This document shows, piece after piece, positions 38,529 through 49,006 of a DNA stretch of 64,000 bases. The stretch is from Candidatus Eiseniibacteriota bacterium. Its GTDB lineage: Bacteria > Eisenbacteria > RBG-16-71-46 > JABDJR01. The stretch's first letter is position 1, and each line of letters begins with the position of its first letter. The notes below the pieces were generated by a model that was given only the letters and a program-made list of their open reading frames with translations, did no database searches and was not told the DNA's origin. The DNA lies in NCBI GenBank assembly GCA_963762255.1, contig CAVXKA010000001.1, positions 608,001-672,000 of the forward strand, read 5' to 3'. A program made the position numbers and the translations under genes.

Positions 38529-39944
38529 GTGCGGCGCTTAGTATTGCATCGGCTCATGCTGGCGTGGGCCATTCCATTCGCCTTTGCTGCGTGCGAGCGC
38601 GAGACGATCTCGAATCCGCCCCCTCCGGACCTTTCGGATCGCGTCCCCCCCGCTGTGATCGGAGATCTCGTCACGAGTAGCTCCGGCGCGAGCACGGTGA
38701 CCGTCACGTGGACCGCATCCGGTGACGATTCGCTGGAGGGAACAGCCGCGCGCTATGACATTCGATACGCGCCGGGCGGCGACGCGTCGTGGGCGGAGAT
38801 GACCCCGATCCCGGTGGAGCGGACGCCGCCGGCTGCGGGCGCGCGCGACTCCATCGTGGTAACCGAGCTCTCTCCCATGACCACCTATTGCTTTCGCATG
38901 GCGATCGCCGACGAGGCCTCGAATTGGTCTCCGCCATCGGAGGCGGCCGTCGCCCGCACCTCCGCGGGGTGGGACGCCCTTGGAAGCGCGCCGAACGGGC
39001 CCGTGTACGCGATGCTCGTGGTCGCGAACGAACTCGTCGCGGCCGGCGACTTCACCGCCGCGGGAGAAACTCCGGCGCGCAGCGTCGCGCGCTGGAACGG
39101 CATTGCATGGGCGCCGCTCGGGTCGGGCCTGGACGGAGTCGTTCACTGTCTCGCCGTCTACCGGGGCTATCTTGTGGCCGGCGGACGGTTCATCGTTGCA
39201 GGCGGGGCCGCGGTCCACCGGGTGGCTCGATGGACCGGCGCGGTGTGGGAGCCTCTCGGTTTCGACGTCGACGACGAGCCGGGTGTCGTCTACGCACTTG
39301 TCCAGTACGGAGACGCGCTCATCGCAGGCGGCACGTTCACGACCGCGAACGGCGCGCCCGGGGACTACATCGCCGGCTGGGACGGCACGGCGTGGGGGCC
39401 GCTCGGCCCGGGCCTGGATGCCACCGTTCATGCGCTCGCGGTGCATGGGGGAGCGTTGATCGTAGGAGGAACATTCCGAGGCGCCGGCGGCGCGGACGCC
39501 CGGTTCGTGGCCAGATGGGACGGAAGCGGATGGAGCCCGATGGGCGCGGGCATGAACGACTCCGTCTTCGCCCTGCGCAGCCACCTGGGCGAGATGTTCG
39601 CCGGCGGTCACTTCGACATCGCCGACGGCGCTCGCACCAGCGCGGTCACCTCCTGGGACGGGTGGGGCTGGCAACCGTTGGGGCGGATCTCGCCATCAAG
39701 CGCCCACTGCCTCACCGTGCATCGCGGCTCGCTCGTCGCCGGCGGCACGTTCGAGGGAGCAACCGGCTCCGCGGTAGTACACGCGGTGGGTTGGTGGTCG
39801 GGCAGCCGATGGGAGCTGGTCGGACCGGGGCTCGACGGGGCCGTGAGCGCGATCGCCAGTTTCGACGGCGATCTCGTCGTGAGCGGCGAGTTCACTTCGA
39901 CCGGAGAGGCGCGAATCGGCCGCGTAGCGCGCTGGCGCGAGTAA
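38529..39944 (+). CDS. Lipoprotein with FN3 domain and beta-propeller (AGGxF...ARWDG repeats)
   Basis: Lipobox FAA-C; WTASGDD...YDIRY...DEASNWS; about 7 propeller repeats. Confidence 0.8.
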   Translation: MRRLVLHRLMLAWAIPFAFAACERETISNPPPPDLSDRVPPAVIGDLVTSSSGASTVTVTWTASGDDSLEGTAARYDIRYAPGGDASWAEMTPIPVERTPPAAGARDSIVVTELSPMTTYCFRMAIADEASNWSPPSEAAVARTSAGWDALGSAPNGPVYAMLVVANELVAAGDFTAAGETPARSVARWNGIAWAPLGSGLDGVVHCLAVYRGYLVAGGRFIVAGGAAVHRVARWTGAVWEPLGFDVDDEPGVVYALVQYGDALIAGGTFTTANGAPGDYIAGWDGTAWGPLGPGLDATVHALAVHGGALIVGGTFRGAGGADARFVARWDGSGWSPMGAGMNDSVFALRSHLGEMFAGGHFDIADGARTSAVTSWDGWGWQPLGRISPSSAHCLTVHRGSLVAGGTFEGATGSAVVHAVGWWSGSRWELVGPGLDGAVSAIASFDGDLVVSGEFTSTGEARIGRVARWRE

Positions 39945-39998
39945 GCGGCGAGCTGAAACGTGCGCCGGGCCGCCTTGCGTCGAGGTCGACCGCCCCGG

Positions 39999-41807
39999 CT
40001 ACTCCCAGCCGATCTTCCGGCCCCGGTTCTGCTCCTCGAGCCAGCTCAATAGCGGCCGGTAATACTCGACCATGGCCCGAGTGGAGAGTTCTTCGCCGGT
40101 GGCCTCGCGCAGGATCGTCCGCCAGTCGCGCGTCGCCCCGTAGCGCTGCATGCTCACGAGGAACGCGCCGACCTCCTTGTTTCCCGCATAGGTGCACCTG
40201 CGCGGATCCTGCTTGAGGATCTCACGCGCGATGTGGTCGTGCAGTTGGTATTGGATCACCGTGGCCAGCGCGTACGAGAAGTAATACGCCGGCGCATCGC
40301 TGATGTGGGTTTTCGTGGCGGCGTCGCAGAACTCCTCGCCACGAGACGCCGGCGGCGCCACACCCTGGAACTGTTCGACGTACTGCCACCAGCGGGCGTT
40401 CCACTGATCCGGCGGCATCTCGTGCGCGTAGTAGTCGGCCTCCCAGTGGGTCATCGTGCCCGACGCGAAGAACATGAAGGGGATCGTGGCGAGCGCGTCG
40501 CGCAGGAGAGGGCCCACGGTGTCGACCGGGGCGCCCGCCGGCAGGAGCCCGAGCGACTCGAGATACGGCGTCTGCCGCGCCGCGACCTCGGCGACCCCGG
40601 CGAAAGCTTCGTGGAAAGCCGGGCTGGCGCCGTCCCGCAGGAGCGGCGGCACTTCGGGGCGGTTGTACGCAAGATCGTAGTACCCGTGGCCGAGTTCGTG
40701 GTGCGCCGTGCCGAACCACCACTCGTCGGGCTCCACGCTCATGAGGGAGCGGATATCGCGCTCGAGGTCGAGGTTCCAGCACGAGGCATGGGTGTTCTTC
40801 TTGCGGGTATCCGGCGGTTTCACCGGATAGAGGTCTGACAGCGTCCAGAAGGACTCGGGGAGCGGCTCACGCCCGATGCTCGTGTAGAAGCTCTCCGCCG
40901 TCTTCACGATCCACTCTGCGGAGTGGCCCTTGAACGCCGCGGCGAGTTCCGGCGTCGCCACCATCCCGTTCCACTCCTGTGCCCACCGGTTCGGAATCCA
41001 ATGCGCGGGAATGCGGTCCGGCACCGGCTGGCCGTACTTCTTCGCCAGCTCGTACTTGGCCCAGGTGTAGAGCTGAAGGTATAGGGGCCGCAGATCCTGC
41101 AGGAACGCTTCGTGGAGCGCGAGCATATCCGCGGTGTTCATGTCGTGAGACGCCGCCTGGAGCGTGAAGTAGTCGGTGTAGCCCAGCTCGCGGGCCACGC
41201 CGTTGCGAAGCCCTTGCAACTTCACGAGCCCGGGCTTGAGCGCGGGGCCGGACTCCTTGGAAGCCTCCCACACCGCAAGGCGGTCTTTGAGATCGACAAG
41301 CGCCACGAGCCGTTCGTCGATCTCGTTGGTGGTGATGGGGCGCCCCTTGAGCTTGAACTCGAACGCATTGAGCGTCGAGGCCTGCTGCGTCTCGGCATCG
41401 ATGCGCGCCGTGACCAGCTCCGGGTTGGTCATCGGGCCCTCGGCGGCGTTGAGGAGAGCGTGCTTGAGCTGGCGCACGGTGAGCGAGTCCAGTTCCGCCT
41501 CGTGGGTGAGGAGATCCTTGGCCTCGTTGATGAGCGCCGGGTTCCCGGTGAAAGCGGCCCGAGCCTTGTTGGCCGCCGCCGAGGCCGCGTCGTGCGCCGG
41601 AGTCACGTCGGTGGCCGCATCCCAATCGGCGCGCTGGGCGACGGTGTAGAGCGCCTGATAGCTCGCGTTGACCAGGACGAGGAAGCGATCCGCGCGTTCC
41701 TGGACCGCGGACTTGGCGGCCGACGGCGCGGGGCCCTTCTGCGCGGTGCACGCCGAGACGGCGAGGATCGGCACGGCAACGAGAGCGAATGCGATGCGGC
41801 GGTTCAT
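39999..41807 (-). CDS. M2 family metallopeptidase (ACE-like peptidyl-dipeptidase), lipoprotein
   Basis: AAGGAGG RBS, VSA-C lipobox, HHELGH, GASPAFHEA. Confidence 0.9.
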   Translation of the reverse strand: MNRRIAFALVAVPILAVSACTAQKGPAPSAAKSAVQERADRFLVLVNASYQALYTVAQRADWDAATDVTPAHDAASAAANKARAAFTGNPALINEAKDLLTHEAELDSLTVRQLKHALLNAAEGPMTNPELVTARIDAETQQASTLNAFEFKLKGRPITTNEIDERLVALVDLKDRLAVWEASKESGPALKPGLVKLQGLRNGVARELGYTDYFTLQAASHDMNTADMLALHEAFLQDLRPLYLQLYTWAKYELAKKYGQPVPDRIPAHWIPNRWAQEWNGMVATPELAAAFKGHSAEWIVKTAESFYTSIGREPLPESFWTLSDLYPVKPPDTRKKNTHASCWNLDLERDIRSLMSVEPDEWWFGTAHHELGHGYYDLAYNRPEVPPLLRDGASPAFHEAFAGVAEVAARQTPYLESLGLLPAGAPVDTVGPLLRDALATIPFMFFASGTMTHWEADYYAHEMPPDQWNARWWQYVEQFQGVAPPASRGEEFCDAATKTHISDAPAYYFSYALATVIQYQLHDHIAREILKQDPRRCTYAGNKEVGAFLVSMQRYGATRDWRTILREATGEELSTRAMVEYYRPLLSWLEEQNRGRKIGWE

Positions 41808-41884
41808 GGGGGCCTCCTTGATCGGCGTAGTATAGCCGGTTCGACGCCCAGATGGCGCCGCTCCGCCGCGTGGCGCGTTTGCGG

Positions 41885-43301
41885 CTACGGCCCCCGAAAA
41901 CGCACTTCCGCCTCGCGCTCGCGCCCGCTCGCCGAGTCCGTCACCGCGAACTCGACCGGGAACGGGACGCTGAACGTTCCGCGCGGGATCGTGGCGAAGA
42001 TCGGGATGTCGGCATTGCCCATCGCACCGACGAACACGCGCTTCTGGGGCACGATGAACTCGGGCTCGGGCGTGCCCTCCGGCGGTTCGTGCTTCGACAT
42101 CCAGAAAGAAGACGCGGTCCCGCGCCTCCTTGTTCTCGATGCGCAGCGTGTACAGGTTGCGGATCGTCGTCTCCTCCAGAACGTAGGGCATCCCCTTCGC
42201 GCGAAGTACCTTGACCTCGAAGGGGTCGCGTCTCGATGCGGCCCCCGCGAAAACGGTGAGCCCGATCAATGCCAGCACCGCGTACGCGACGGAGCGAGGG
42301 CGCACCAGCTTCCGCCGCCGGCCTTCCTCGAACCCCCGCTTGGAGTCGTAGCGGACGAGCCCGCGCGGCTTCCCGAGCTTGCCCATGATCTCGTCGCACG
42401 CGTCCACGCAGTTCGCGCAGCCGATGCATTCCATCTGCAGGCCGTTGCGGATATCGATTCCGGTCGGGCACACGACCACGCAGCGGTGGCAGTCCACGCA
42501 GTCGCCTCCCTCATCGCTCACTTTCGAGCGGGGCTCTCCCCGCTTGCCGTCGTAACCCACGATGATGGTGTCGCTGTCGATGAGCGCGGACTGGAGCCTC
42601 CCGTACGGGCAGATCACGAGACACGTCTGCTCGCGGAACCATGCATAGTTGAAGAACATCACCGCGGTCCAGAACATGGTCCAGAAGAACGCCGACGCGT
42701 GCTGGGCGGGGCTCGACGTGAGAGCGTGCTTGAGCTCGCGCACGGGGATGAAATAGGAGAGGAAGGTGTGCGCGATGGCCAGCGACAGGACCAGGAAGAT
42801 CGCGTGCTTCAGGATCTTCCGCCATGCCTTGTCCCGGGTCCAGGGACCCAGGTTCCGGCGGATGCGCGCGGTGCGCTGACCCTCGATGGCCCGCTCGATT
42901 CGCCGGTAGACGGCTTCCAGAAAGACCGTCTGCGGACACGCATAGCCGCACCAGGCGCGGCCGAAAAGCGACGCGAGGACGAACAGCCCGAAGCCCACGC
43001 CGGAGACGAGGAAGAACATCAGGTAGAAGTCCTGATTGCCGAAGCTCATGCCGAAGAGATACGCCGCCCGTCCGGGAAGATCGATGTGGACGGCGGGATG
43101 GCCGTTGACGGTGATCCAGGGAAGAAGCGCGTACACCGCGATGAGGACCGCGAACGCGATGTTCTTGCGGACCTGCCAGCGTCCCTTCACGTCGGCGGGA
43201 TGAAGGAAGTTCCGCGACCCGTCCGCATTGATCGTGTAGACGGTGTCGAGACCGGGCCAGCGAACCTCGGCGCGCTTGATCGGCGCCTTCGTTTCGGACA
43301 T
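41885..43301 (-). CDS. ccoG: cbb3 oxidase accessory ferredoxin-like protein CcoG (frameshift ~42100)
   Basis: GRAWCGYACPQTVF, CPYGRLQ, CVDCHRCVVVCPTGIDIRNGLQMECIGCANCVDAC. Confidence 0.9.
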
Positions 43302-43314
43302 GCGAATCAGACCT

Positions 43315-43890
43315 CTACTCGGTCGGTTCCGGCTCCCCCTGCGGCGCCTTGCCGGGCAGGTTCTTCCCCTTGATGGTGAGCACGTAAGCCGTCACGTTCT
43401 GCACGCGTTGAGGGCCGAGCTGGTTCCCCCACGCCACCATCCCCTTGTCGGGAACCCCGTCGGTCACCGTCTTCAGGATGTCCAGCGGCTTGCCGCCGTG
43501 AATCCAATACGCGTCGGTGAGGTTGGGGCCCACGTTCCCCTCGCCGTTCTGACTGTGGCAGACGACACAGAATTGCTCGAAGACCTGCCGCCCCGCGGCC
43601 GCGCGATCGGGCACCTGGCTCATGAGGAGGAGCGCGTCGTCGGTCATCTCCTGACCGGATGCCCGCGCGAGTTGCGCCTCCGCCGCCCGCGTCACCTCCG
43701 CCTGGTAGCGCTCGTCCAGCGTCGGCGCCGCCCCGAACGTCTGATGATAGGCCCAGTAACCGAAGGCGAACACGATGCTTGCGAACAGAATCGTGAGCCA
43801 CCAGTTGGGGAGCCGGTTGTCGTACTCCTGGATTCCGTCGTAGTCGTGCTCGAAGACGCGGTCCTGCTGGTATTTGTCTTCGGTGCTCAC
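43315..43890 (-). CDS. ccoP: cbb3 oxidase subunit III (monohaem)
   Basis: HDYDGIQEYDNRLPNWW, CVVCH, GPNLTD. Confidence 0.95.
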   Translation of the reverse strand: MSTEDKYQQDRVFEHDYDGIQEYDNRLPNWWLTILFASIVFAFGYWAYHQTFGAAPTLDERYQAEVTRAAEAQLARASGQEMTDDALLLMSQVPDRAAAGRQVFEQFCVVCHSQNGEGNVGPNLTDAYWIHGGKPLDILKTVTDGVPDKGMVAWGNQLGPQRVQNVTAYVLTIKGKNLPGKAPQGEPEPTE

Positions 43891-44081
43891 CGCGTGCCCC
43901 CTCCGTCGTGTTCCGGCGCGTCGTCCTCGAGCGGCAGCGCCGCCACGTGATCGAAGGACTTGCGCTTGATGATGCCCCGCGCGAGATAGATCAGCACCCC
44001 CGCGAAGAACGCCATGAAGAGGATGAAGGCGAGCAGGGGCCAGTGGAGATGTCGGCTCTCGGCCAGGAACTGCTGAAACAT
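43887..44081 (-). CDS. ccoQ: cbb3 oxidase subunit IV
   Basis: Single TM, ALPLED, position between ccoO and ccoP. Confidence 0.85.
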   Translation of the reverse strand: MFQQFLAESRHLHWPLLAFILFMAFFAGVLIYLARGIIKRKSFDHVAALPLEDDAPEHDGGGTR

Positions 44082-44083
44082 CG

Positions 44084-46465
44084 CTACTGCCCGGCCGCGG
44101 GAGTCGGAGCCCCCACCACCGGCGCCGGAGCTCCCGCCGCCGGCGTCGCCTGCACCGCCGCCGTCACCGGCTGCGGGCCGCGTCCGAGCCGCTGCAAGTA
44201 GGCGATGAGCGCGACGAGATCGCTATCCGCATCCACCTTCACGTCCTGCGTCGCCAGGTCGGCGCGGATCAACTCCCCTTGACTCGTCGCCGTGGCCGCC
44301 GCCGTCGCGATCTCCGCGTCGGCGTAGGGAACGCCCAGCGTCCTCATCACCTTGAGTTTCTTGGCCAGCCCCCCCAGATCCACCTTGCCGGTCTTCATGA
44401 ACGCATACGACGGCATGTTGGAGCCCGGCGAGGTCGAGCGCGGGTCCATGAGGTGCTGATAGTGCCAGAGGTTCGGGTACTTGCCCCCCTCCCGGTGCAG
44501 GTCGGGCCCGGTGCGCTTCGATCCGAACTGGAACGGGTGGTCGTAGATGAACTCCTCGAGGCGCGAGTAGGCGCCGTAGCGCAACGTCTCGGCGCGAAAC
44601 GGCCGGATCATCTGACTGTGGCAGTTGTAGCATCCCTCCCGCACGTAGATGTCGCGCCCGGCCAGCTCGAGCGGGCTGTAGGGCTGCTGGCGAAACGGCG
44701 AAGCGGCGAGGCTCGGCATCGGGTCCTTCTGGCGGATGACGAGGCTCGGAATCAGCTCGGCGATGCCACCGGCCAGGATCGCGAACAGCACGAGGAACGT
44801 GAAGGCGAGCGGCTTCCCTTCGAGGATGTGATGCCAGCTTCGCCCCTCCGGCTGCCGCCGACCTGCCATGAAGTACGCCACCACCACCAGGACCAGCAAG
44901 ACCGCGAACGCCAGCACCGCCTTCGTGATCGACGAGATCGCGAACAGCGCGGCGAACACCACGACAGCCACCGCCAGGAGCACGGGCGCGCCGCCGAGCA
45001 CCTGCCAACTCGTGGGCTGGATCGCGGCGGCCGGAACCACGACGTTCGCCTCGGCGTTGACGGCCTTGCCGGCGCGGATGGTGGCGAGGAGGTTCACCGT
45101 CATCATCACGAACCCGGCGAAGTACATGAGGCCGCCGATGAGGCGCATGTTCCACAGGAAGCGCGCGGAGCGGAGTCCCTCCACGAAGTCGGGGTACTTG
45201 AGGAACCCCTCGCCGTCGAGCGCCCGCCAGAAGAGGCCCTGGTTCACTCCGCTGATCCACATCGCCACCACGTATAGAAGAATCCCGAAGGTCCCGATCC
45301 AAAAGTGCGCGTCGGCCATGCGGGTGGAGAAGAGCTTCGTGCCCCAGAGCCGGGGCACCAGCCAGTAGAGCATCCCCGCGGCCATGAACCCGTTCCAGCC
45401 GAGCGCGCCGGCGTGCACGTGCCCGATGATCCAGTCGGTGTAGTGGGCGAGCGAGTTCACCGCCTTGATCGAGAGGAGCGGCCCCTCGAACGTGGACATC
45501 CCGTAGAAGGTGACGGCCACGATGAGGAACTTCACCACCGGATCGGTGCGGAGCTTGTCCCACGCGCCGCGCAGGGTGAGAAGTCCGTTCAGCATGCCGC
45601 CCCAGGACGGGGCCCAGAGCATGAGGCTGAAGACCATGCCGAGGCTCTGCGCCCAGACGGGGAGCGCGGTGTTCAGGAGGTGATGCGGCCCCGCCCAGAT
45701 GTAGAGGAAGACGAGCGACCAGAAGTGGACGATGGAGAGCCGATAGGAATAGACCGGGCGTCCCACCGCCTTGGGGATGAAGTAGTACATGATCCCCAGG
45801 ATCGGGGTGGTGAGGAAGAACCCCACCGCGTTGTGCCCGTACCACCACTGCACGAGCGCGTCCTGCACGCCCGCGTAGACCGGATAGCTGTGGACGAGGC
45901 TCGTCGGGATCTGGATGTTGTTGACGATGTGCAGCACCGCGATGGTGACGATGGTGGCGATGTAGAACCAGATCGCCACGTAGAGGTTCTTCTCGTTGCG
46001 GATCGCCAGGGTCCAGAAGAAGTTGATCCCGAAGATCACCCAGACCACGGCGATCAGGATGTCCACCGGCCAGATCAGCTCGGCGTACTCCTTCCCCTGC
46101 GTCAGGCCCAGCGGGATCGTGAGCGCGGCGCAGACGATGATGAGCTGCCAGCCCCAGAAGTTGACGCGGCTCAAGAGATCGGACGCCATCCGCGTCTTGA
46201 GGAGCCGCTGCGTCGAGTAGTAGATGCCGGCGAACATCATGTTGCCGACGAAAGCGAAGATGGCGGCATTGGTGTGAAGCGGGCGGAGCCTGCCGAAGGA
46301 GAGCCAGGGCACGCCGAAATTCACCTGCCAGAAGACGAGCTGGGTGGCGATCAGCACCCCGAGGAGCGTCGCCACCAGAGCCCAGACCATCGTGGCGAGG
46401 ACGAAGTTCCTGGTGATCCCGTCGTCATAGACGATGTGCCGGGTCTGGACGGTTCCGGTCTGCAT
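44084..46465 (-). CDS. ccoNO: cbb3 oxidase subunits I/II fusion
   Basis: GRLRPLHTNA, WWYGHNAVGF, GPHHL, GHVH; EGCYNCHSQMIRP, GSKRTGPDL. Confidence 0.97.
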   Translation of the reverse strand: MQTGTVQTRHIVYDDGITRNFVLATMVWALVATLLGVLIATQLVFWQVNFGVPWLSFGRLRPLHTNAAIFAFVGNMMFAGIYYSTQRLLKTRMASDLLSRVNFWGWQLIIVCAALTIPLGLTQGKEYAELIWPVDILIAVVWVIFGINFFWTLAIRNEKNLYVAIWFYIATIVTIAVLHIVNNIQIPTSLVHSYPVYAGVQDALVQWWYGHNAVGFFLTTPILGIMYYFIPKAVGRPVYSYRLSIVHFWSLVFLYIWAGPHHLLNTALPVWAQSLGMVFSLMLWAPSWGGMLNGLLTLRGAWDKLRTDPVVKFLIVAVTFYGMSTFEGPLLSIKAVNSLAHYTDWIIGHVHAGALGWNGFMAAGMLYWLVPRLWGTKLFSTRMADAHFWIGTFGILLYVVAMWISGVNQGLFWRALDGEGFLKYPDFVEGLRSARFLWNMRLIGGLMYFAGFVMMTVNLLATIRAGKAVNAEANVVVPAAAIQPTSWQVLGGAPVLLAVAVVVFAALFAISSITKAVLAFAVLLVLVVVAYFMAGRRQPEGRSWHHILEGKPLAFTFLVLFAILAGGIAELIPSLVIRQKDPMPSLAASPFRQQPYSPLELAGRDIYVREGCYNCHSQMIRPFRAETLRYGAYSRLEEFIYDHPFQFGSKRTGPDLHREGGKYPNLWHYQHLMDPRSTSPGSNMPSYAFMKTGKVDLGGLAKKLKVMRTLGVPYADAEIATAAATATSQGELIRADLATQDVKVDADSDLVALIAYLQRLGRGPQPVTAAVQATPAAGAPAPVVGAPTPAAGQ

Positions 46466-46479
46466 ACGTGAAGAGTCTC

Positions 46480-46650
46480 CTATGTCTTCTGGGAATCGGC
46501 CGGCGGAGATGGATCGTCCTCGTCGAGCGGCAGAAGCGACAACCGGTCGCCGTGCTCGAAATCTCCTTCGCGCACCCGCTTGAATAGGAAGATGAGCGCG
46601 GCCGCCACCAGGATGAGGCTCGCGAACACGGTGATCACTAGGACATCCAC
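46480..46650 (-). CDS. ccoS: cbb3 oxidase maturation protein
   Basis: MDVLVITVFASLIL...GDFEHGDRLSLLPLDED. Confidence 0.85.
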   Translation of the reverse strand: MDVLVITVFASLILVAAALIFLFKRVREGDFEHGDRLSLLPLDEDDPSPPADSQKT

Positions 46651-49001
46651 GCGAGCCTCCGTCCGGAGAGCCGGAACGAGGTGAGGGTGACCACGGACAC
46701 CGAACTCACCGGCATCAGGATAGCCGCCACCACCGGGGTCACGAGACCGAGGTAGCACAGGACCAGAGCGAGGGCATTGTACGCGATGGCGAGGGTCAGA
46801 TTCCCCCAAACAACGCTTCGCAACCGGCGGGCGCCCAGAAGCGCACGGCGGACCGCGGCCACGCCCTCGCCCAGGAAGTAGAAATCGGCGCGGCTCGGCA
46901 GGGACGGATGGTCCACCGCGGGGGTGGCTGCGCACGTCGCGGCCTCCAGGCCGGGGCCGTCGTTGAGCCCGTCGCCCACCATCAGGGTGTCGCGGCGGTC
47001 CACCGAGCGGATCCACTCCGCCTTGGCCTCGGGGGTCATCCCGCCGTGTACGCGTTCGCGGGGCACACCGAGGCGCCCCGCCACCGCGAGCACCTTGCCC
47101 GGCGAGTCCCCGCTCAACACGTACACCTCGTAGCCCGCTTCTCCAAGCCGGCGCACCTCTTCCTCCGCGTCGGAGCGGACCTGCTCCTCGAACGTGAAGA
47201 CGGCCAGCGTCCGCCCGTCCGCCGTGAAGGCGGTCTCCGCGCGGTTGCGATGCTCGTCGAAGGCGGGCCGGCCGAGCCGATACTCGTGCCCGTCGACCGT
47301 CATCGCGAGCCCCTGCCCCGCGGTCTCCGTCACTTCGCGATCGGCCGCCACCGACACGAGCGGGTCCGCGACGCGGAGCGCCTCGGCGAGCGCCCGACTC
47401 ACCGGGTGGTTGCTGCGAGCGGTGAGATCGAAGAGCGCCGCGCGATCGCCTGCGGCGAGGTCGGCCAATGTCTCGGCCGATTCGGCGGAGAGTTCCAGCC
47501 GGCCGAGCGTCAAGGTGCCGGTCTTGTCGAAGATGACCTTGCGCACGCCGAGCGCTCGATCCATGAACCCACCGCCGCGCACGAACACTCCGCGCTTGCG
47601 CAGCGCCAGGTGCATGAGCTCGTGGGCGAGCGGCGTGGCGAGACCGAGCGCGCAGGGACAGGTCACCACCAGCACCGCCACCGTGACCTGCACCGCCTTG
47701 TCGAATCCCCGCCCCACCCAGAGCGCGAATCCGAGCGCGGCCAGCGCAAAGACCGCGGTCACGTAGATCGCGCTGACCCGCCGCCACCAGCGCTGGCCCT
47801 CGGCGCCCGACCCGTCCCGCGCCACCGACGGCGAACCCAGAAGATCGTTGAGGTTCGAGGTCGCGAAGTCCTCGCCCGCCGCCGCGCGCATGGTGGTGTG
47901 CCCCGCGTTGATCGCGCCTGCGGGGAGCATCTCTCCCGCGTCCACGCCGCGCACGTCGGACTCGCCGGTGATCCAGTCCAGCGCGACCTCGGCGGGGTGC
48001 TCGACGAGAATCGCGTCCACCGGCACGAAATCGCCGGGCACGATCCAGAGCTCGTCGCCGCGGCGGAGATCGGCGACCGGAATCGACTCGAGCGCGCCGT
48101 CGCGAAAGCGCCGCGCGTAGAGGTTGTCGATCCCGGTGTCGGCGAGAAGCGCGTTGCGGTTGCGCTCGAGCAGGAACTCCTGGAGCCAGCGCCCGATCAG
48201 CATGAGCGCGACGAAGATCGTGACGGTGTCGAAATAGGCGGCCTCGGGGCCGAACTTCAGATAGGAATAGGTCGATCCGGCGAACGCGAGGAGGATGCCG
48301 ACCGCGATGGGCAGGTCGAGGTGGGCGAGGCCTCGGCGAAGGCCCAGCGCGGCCGCCTTGAAGAACACCCATCCCCCGACGCTCACCGATACCAGCGCGA
48401 GCGTGAAGTTGAGCTTTCCGAAAAGCGCGTAGAGCGCGCCCTCGTCGGGGGCCAGGCCCAAGTAATACGAGAGGCTGAAGATCATCACGTTCATCGCCGC
48501 CGCGACGGAGATACCGAGCCGCACGAGGAGTTCGGCGGACTTGCGCGCGGCCGTCTTGCGGCTGGGGCCGAAGCGGTAGCCGAAGCGTTCCGCCTCGGCG
48601 AGCCACGCGCGCAGATCGCCCTTGGCGGGGATCCAGGCCAGGTCGGCCTTGCCGAGCGAGGGGTTGATGCGCAGGTCGAGCCCCCCGTCGTGGCGCCGGA
48701 AGAGTTCCTCGAGAATCCACACGCAGGCCGCGCAGTGGATGCCCTGCACGTCGAGGGTCAACCGGCGCGCCGCGTTGGGATCGCCGGCAGCGGGCATGAG
48801 CGCGTCGAGCCACGCGAACGAGCCGGCGCGCGGTCCGGAGGGCGGCGTGACCGAGCCCCGGCGCAGATCGTAGTAGCGCTCGAGCCCTTCCTCATGGATG
48901 AGCGCGTAGACGCGCTCGCATCCGCCGCAGCAAAAGGTCTCGTTGCGGCGGCGCTGCACCGCGGTCAGCGGGAGCCCGCAGTGAAGGCACGTCTCCCGCA
49001 T
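46638..49001 (-). CDS. ccoI: Cu-translocating P1B ATPase (CcoI/FixI)
   Basis: CLHCG, FCCGGC, HCAAC, TGES, CPCALGLATP, DKTGTLT, GDGLND. Confidence 0.92.
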   Translation of the reverse strand: MRETCLHCGLPLTAVQRRRNETFCCGGCERVYALIHEEGLERYYDLRRGSVTPPSGPRAGSFAWLDALMPAAGDPNAARRLTLDVQGIHCAACVWILEELFRRHDGGLDLRINPSLGKADLAWIPAKGDLRAWLAEAERFGYRFGPSRKTAARKSAELLVRLGISVAAAMNVMIFSLSYYLGLAPDEGALYALFGKLNFTLALVSVSVGGWVFFKAAALGLRRGLAHLDLPIAVGILLAFAGSTYSYLKFGPEAAYFDTVTIFVALMLIGRWLQEFLLERNRNALLADTGIDNLYARRFRDGALESIPVADLRRGDELWIVPGDFVPVDAILVEHPAEVALDWITGESDVRGVDAGEMLPAGAINAGHTTMRAAAGEDFATSNLNDLLGSPSVARDGSGAEGQRWWRRVSAIYVTAVFALAALGFALWVGRGFDKAVQVTVAVLVVTCPCALGLATPLAHELMHLALRKRGVFVRGGGFMDRALGVRKVIFDKTGTLTLGRLELSAESAETLADLAAGDRAALFDLTARSNHPVSRALAEALRVADPLVSVAADREVTETAGQGLAMTVDGHEYRLGRPAFDEHRNRAETAFTADGRTLAVFTFEEQVRSDAEEEVRRLGEAGYEVYVLSGDSPGKVLAVAGRLGVPRERVHGGMTPEAKAEWIRSVDRRDTLMVGDGLNDGPGLEAATCAATPAVDHPSLPSRADFYFLGEGVAAVRRALLGARRLRSVVWGNLTLAIAYNALALVLCYLGLVTPVVAAILMPVSSVSVVTLTSFRLSGRRLAWMS

Positions 49002-49006
49002 TCGGT

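Noticed and set aside
39999-43301. 1100-aa ORF appearing to fuse CcoG with an ACE-like M2 peptidase
   Set aside because: A frameshift near 42100 diverts ccoG; its true C-terminus is ORF 41885..42100, and the peptidase has its own RBS, ATG (41807) and lipoprotein signal.
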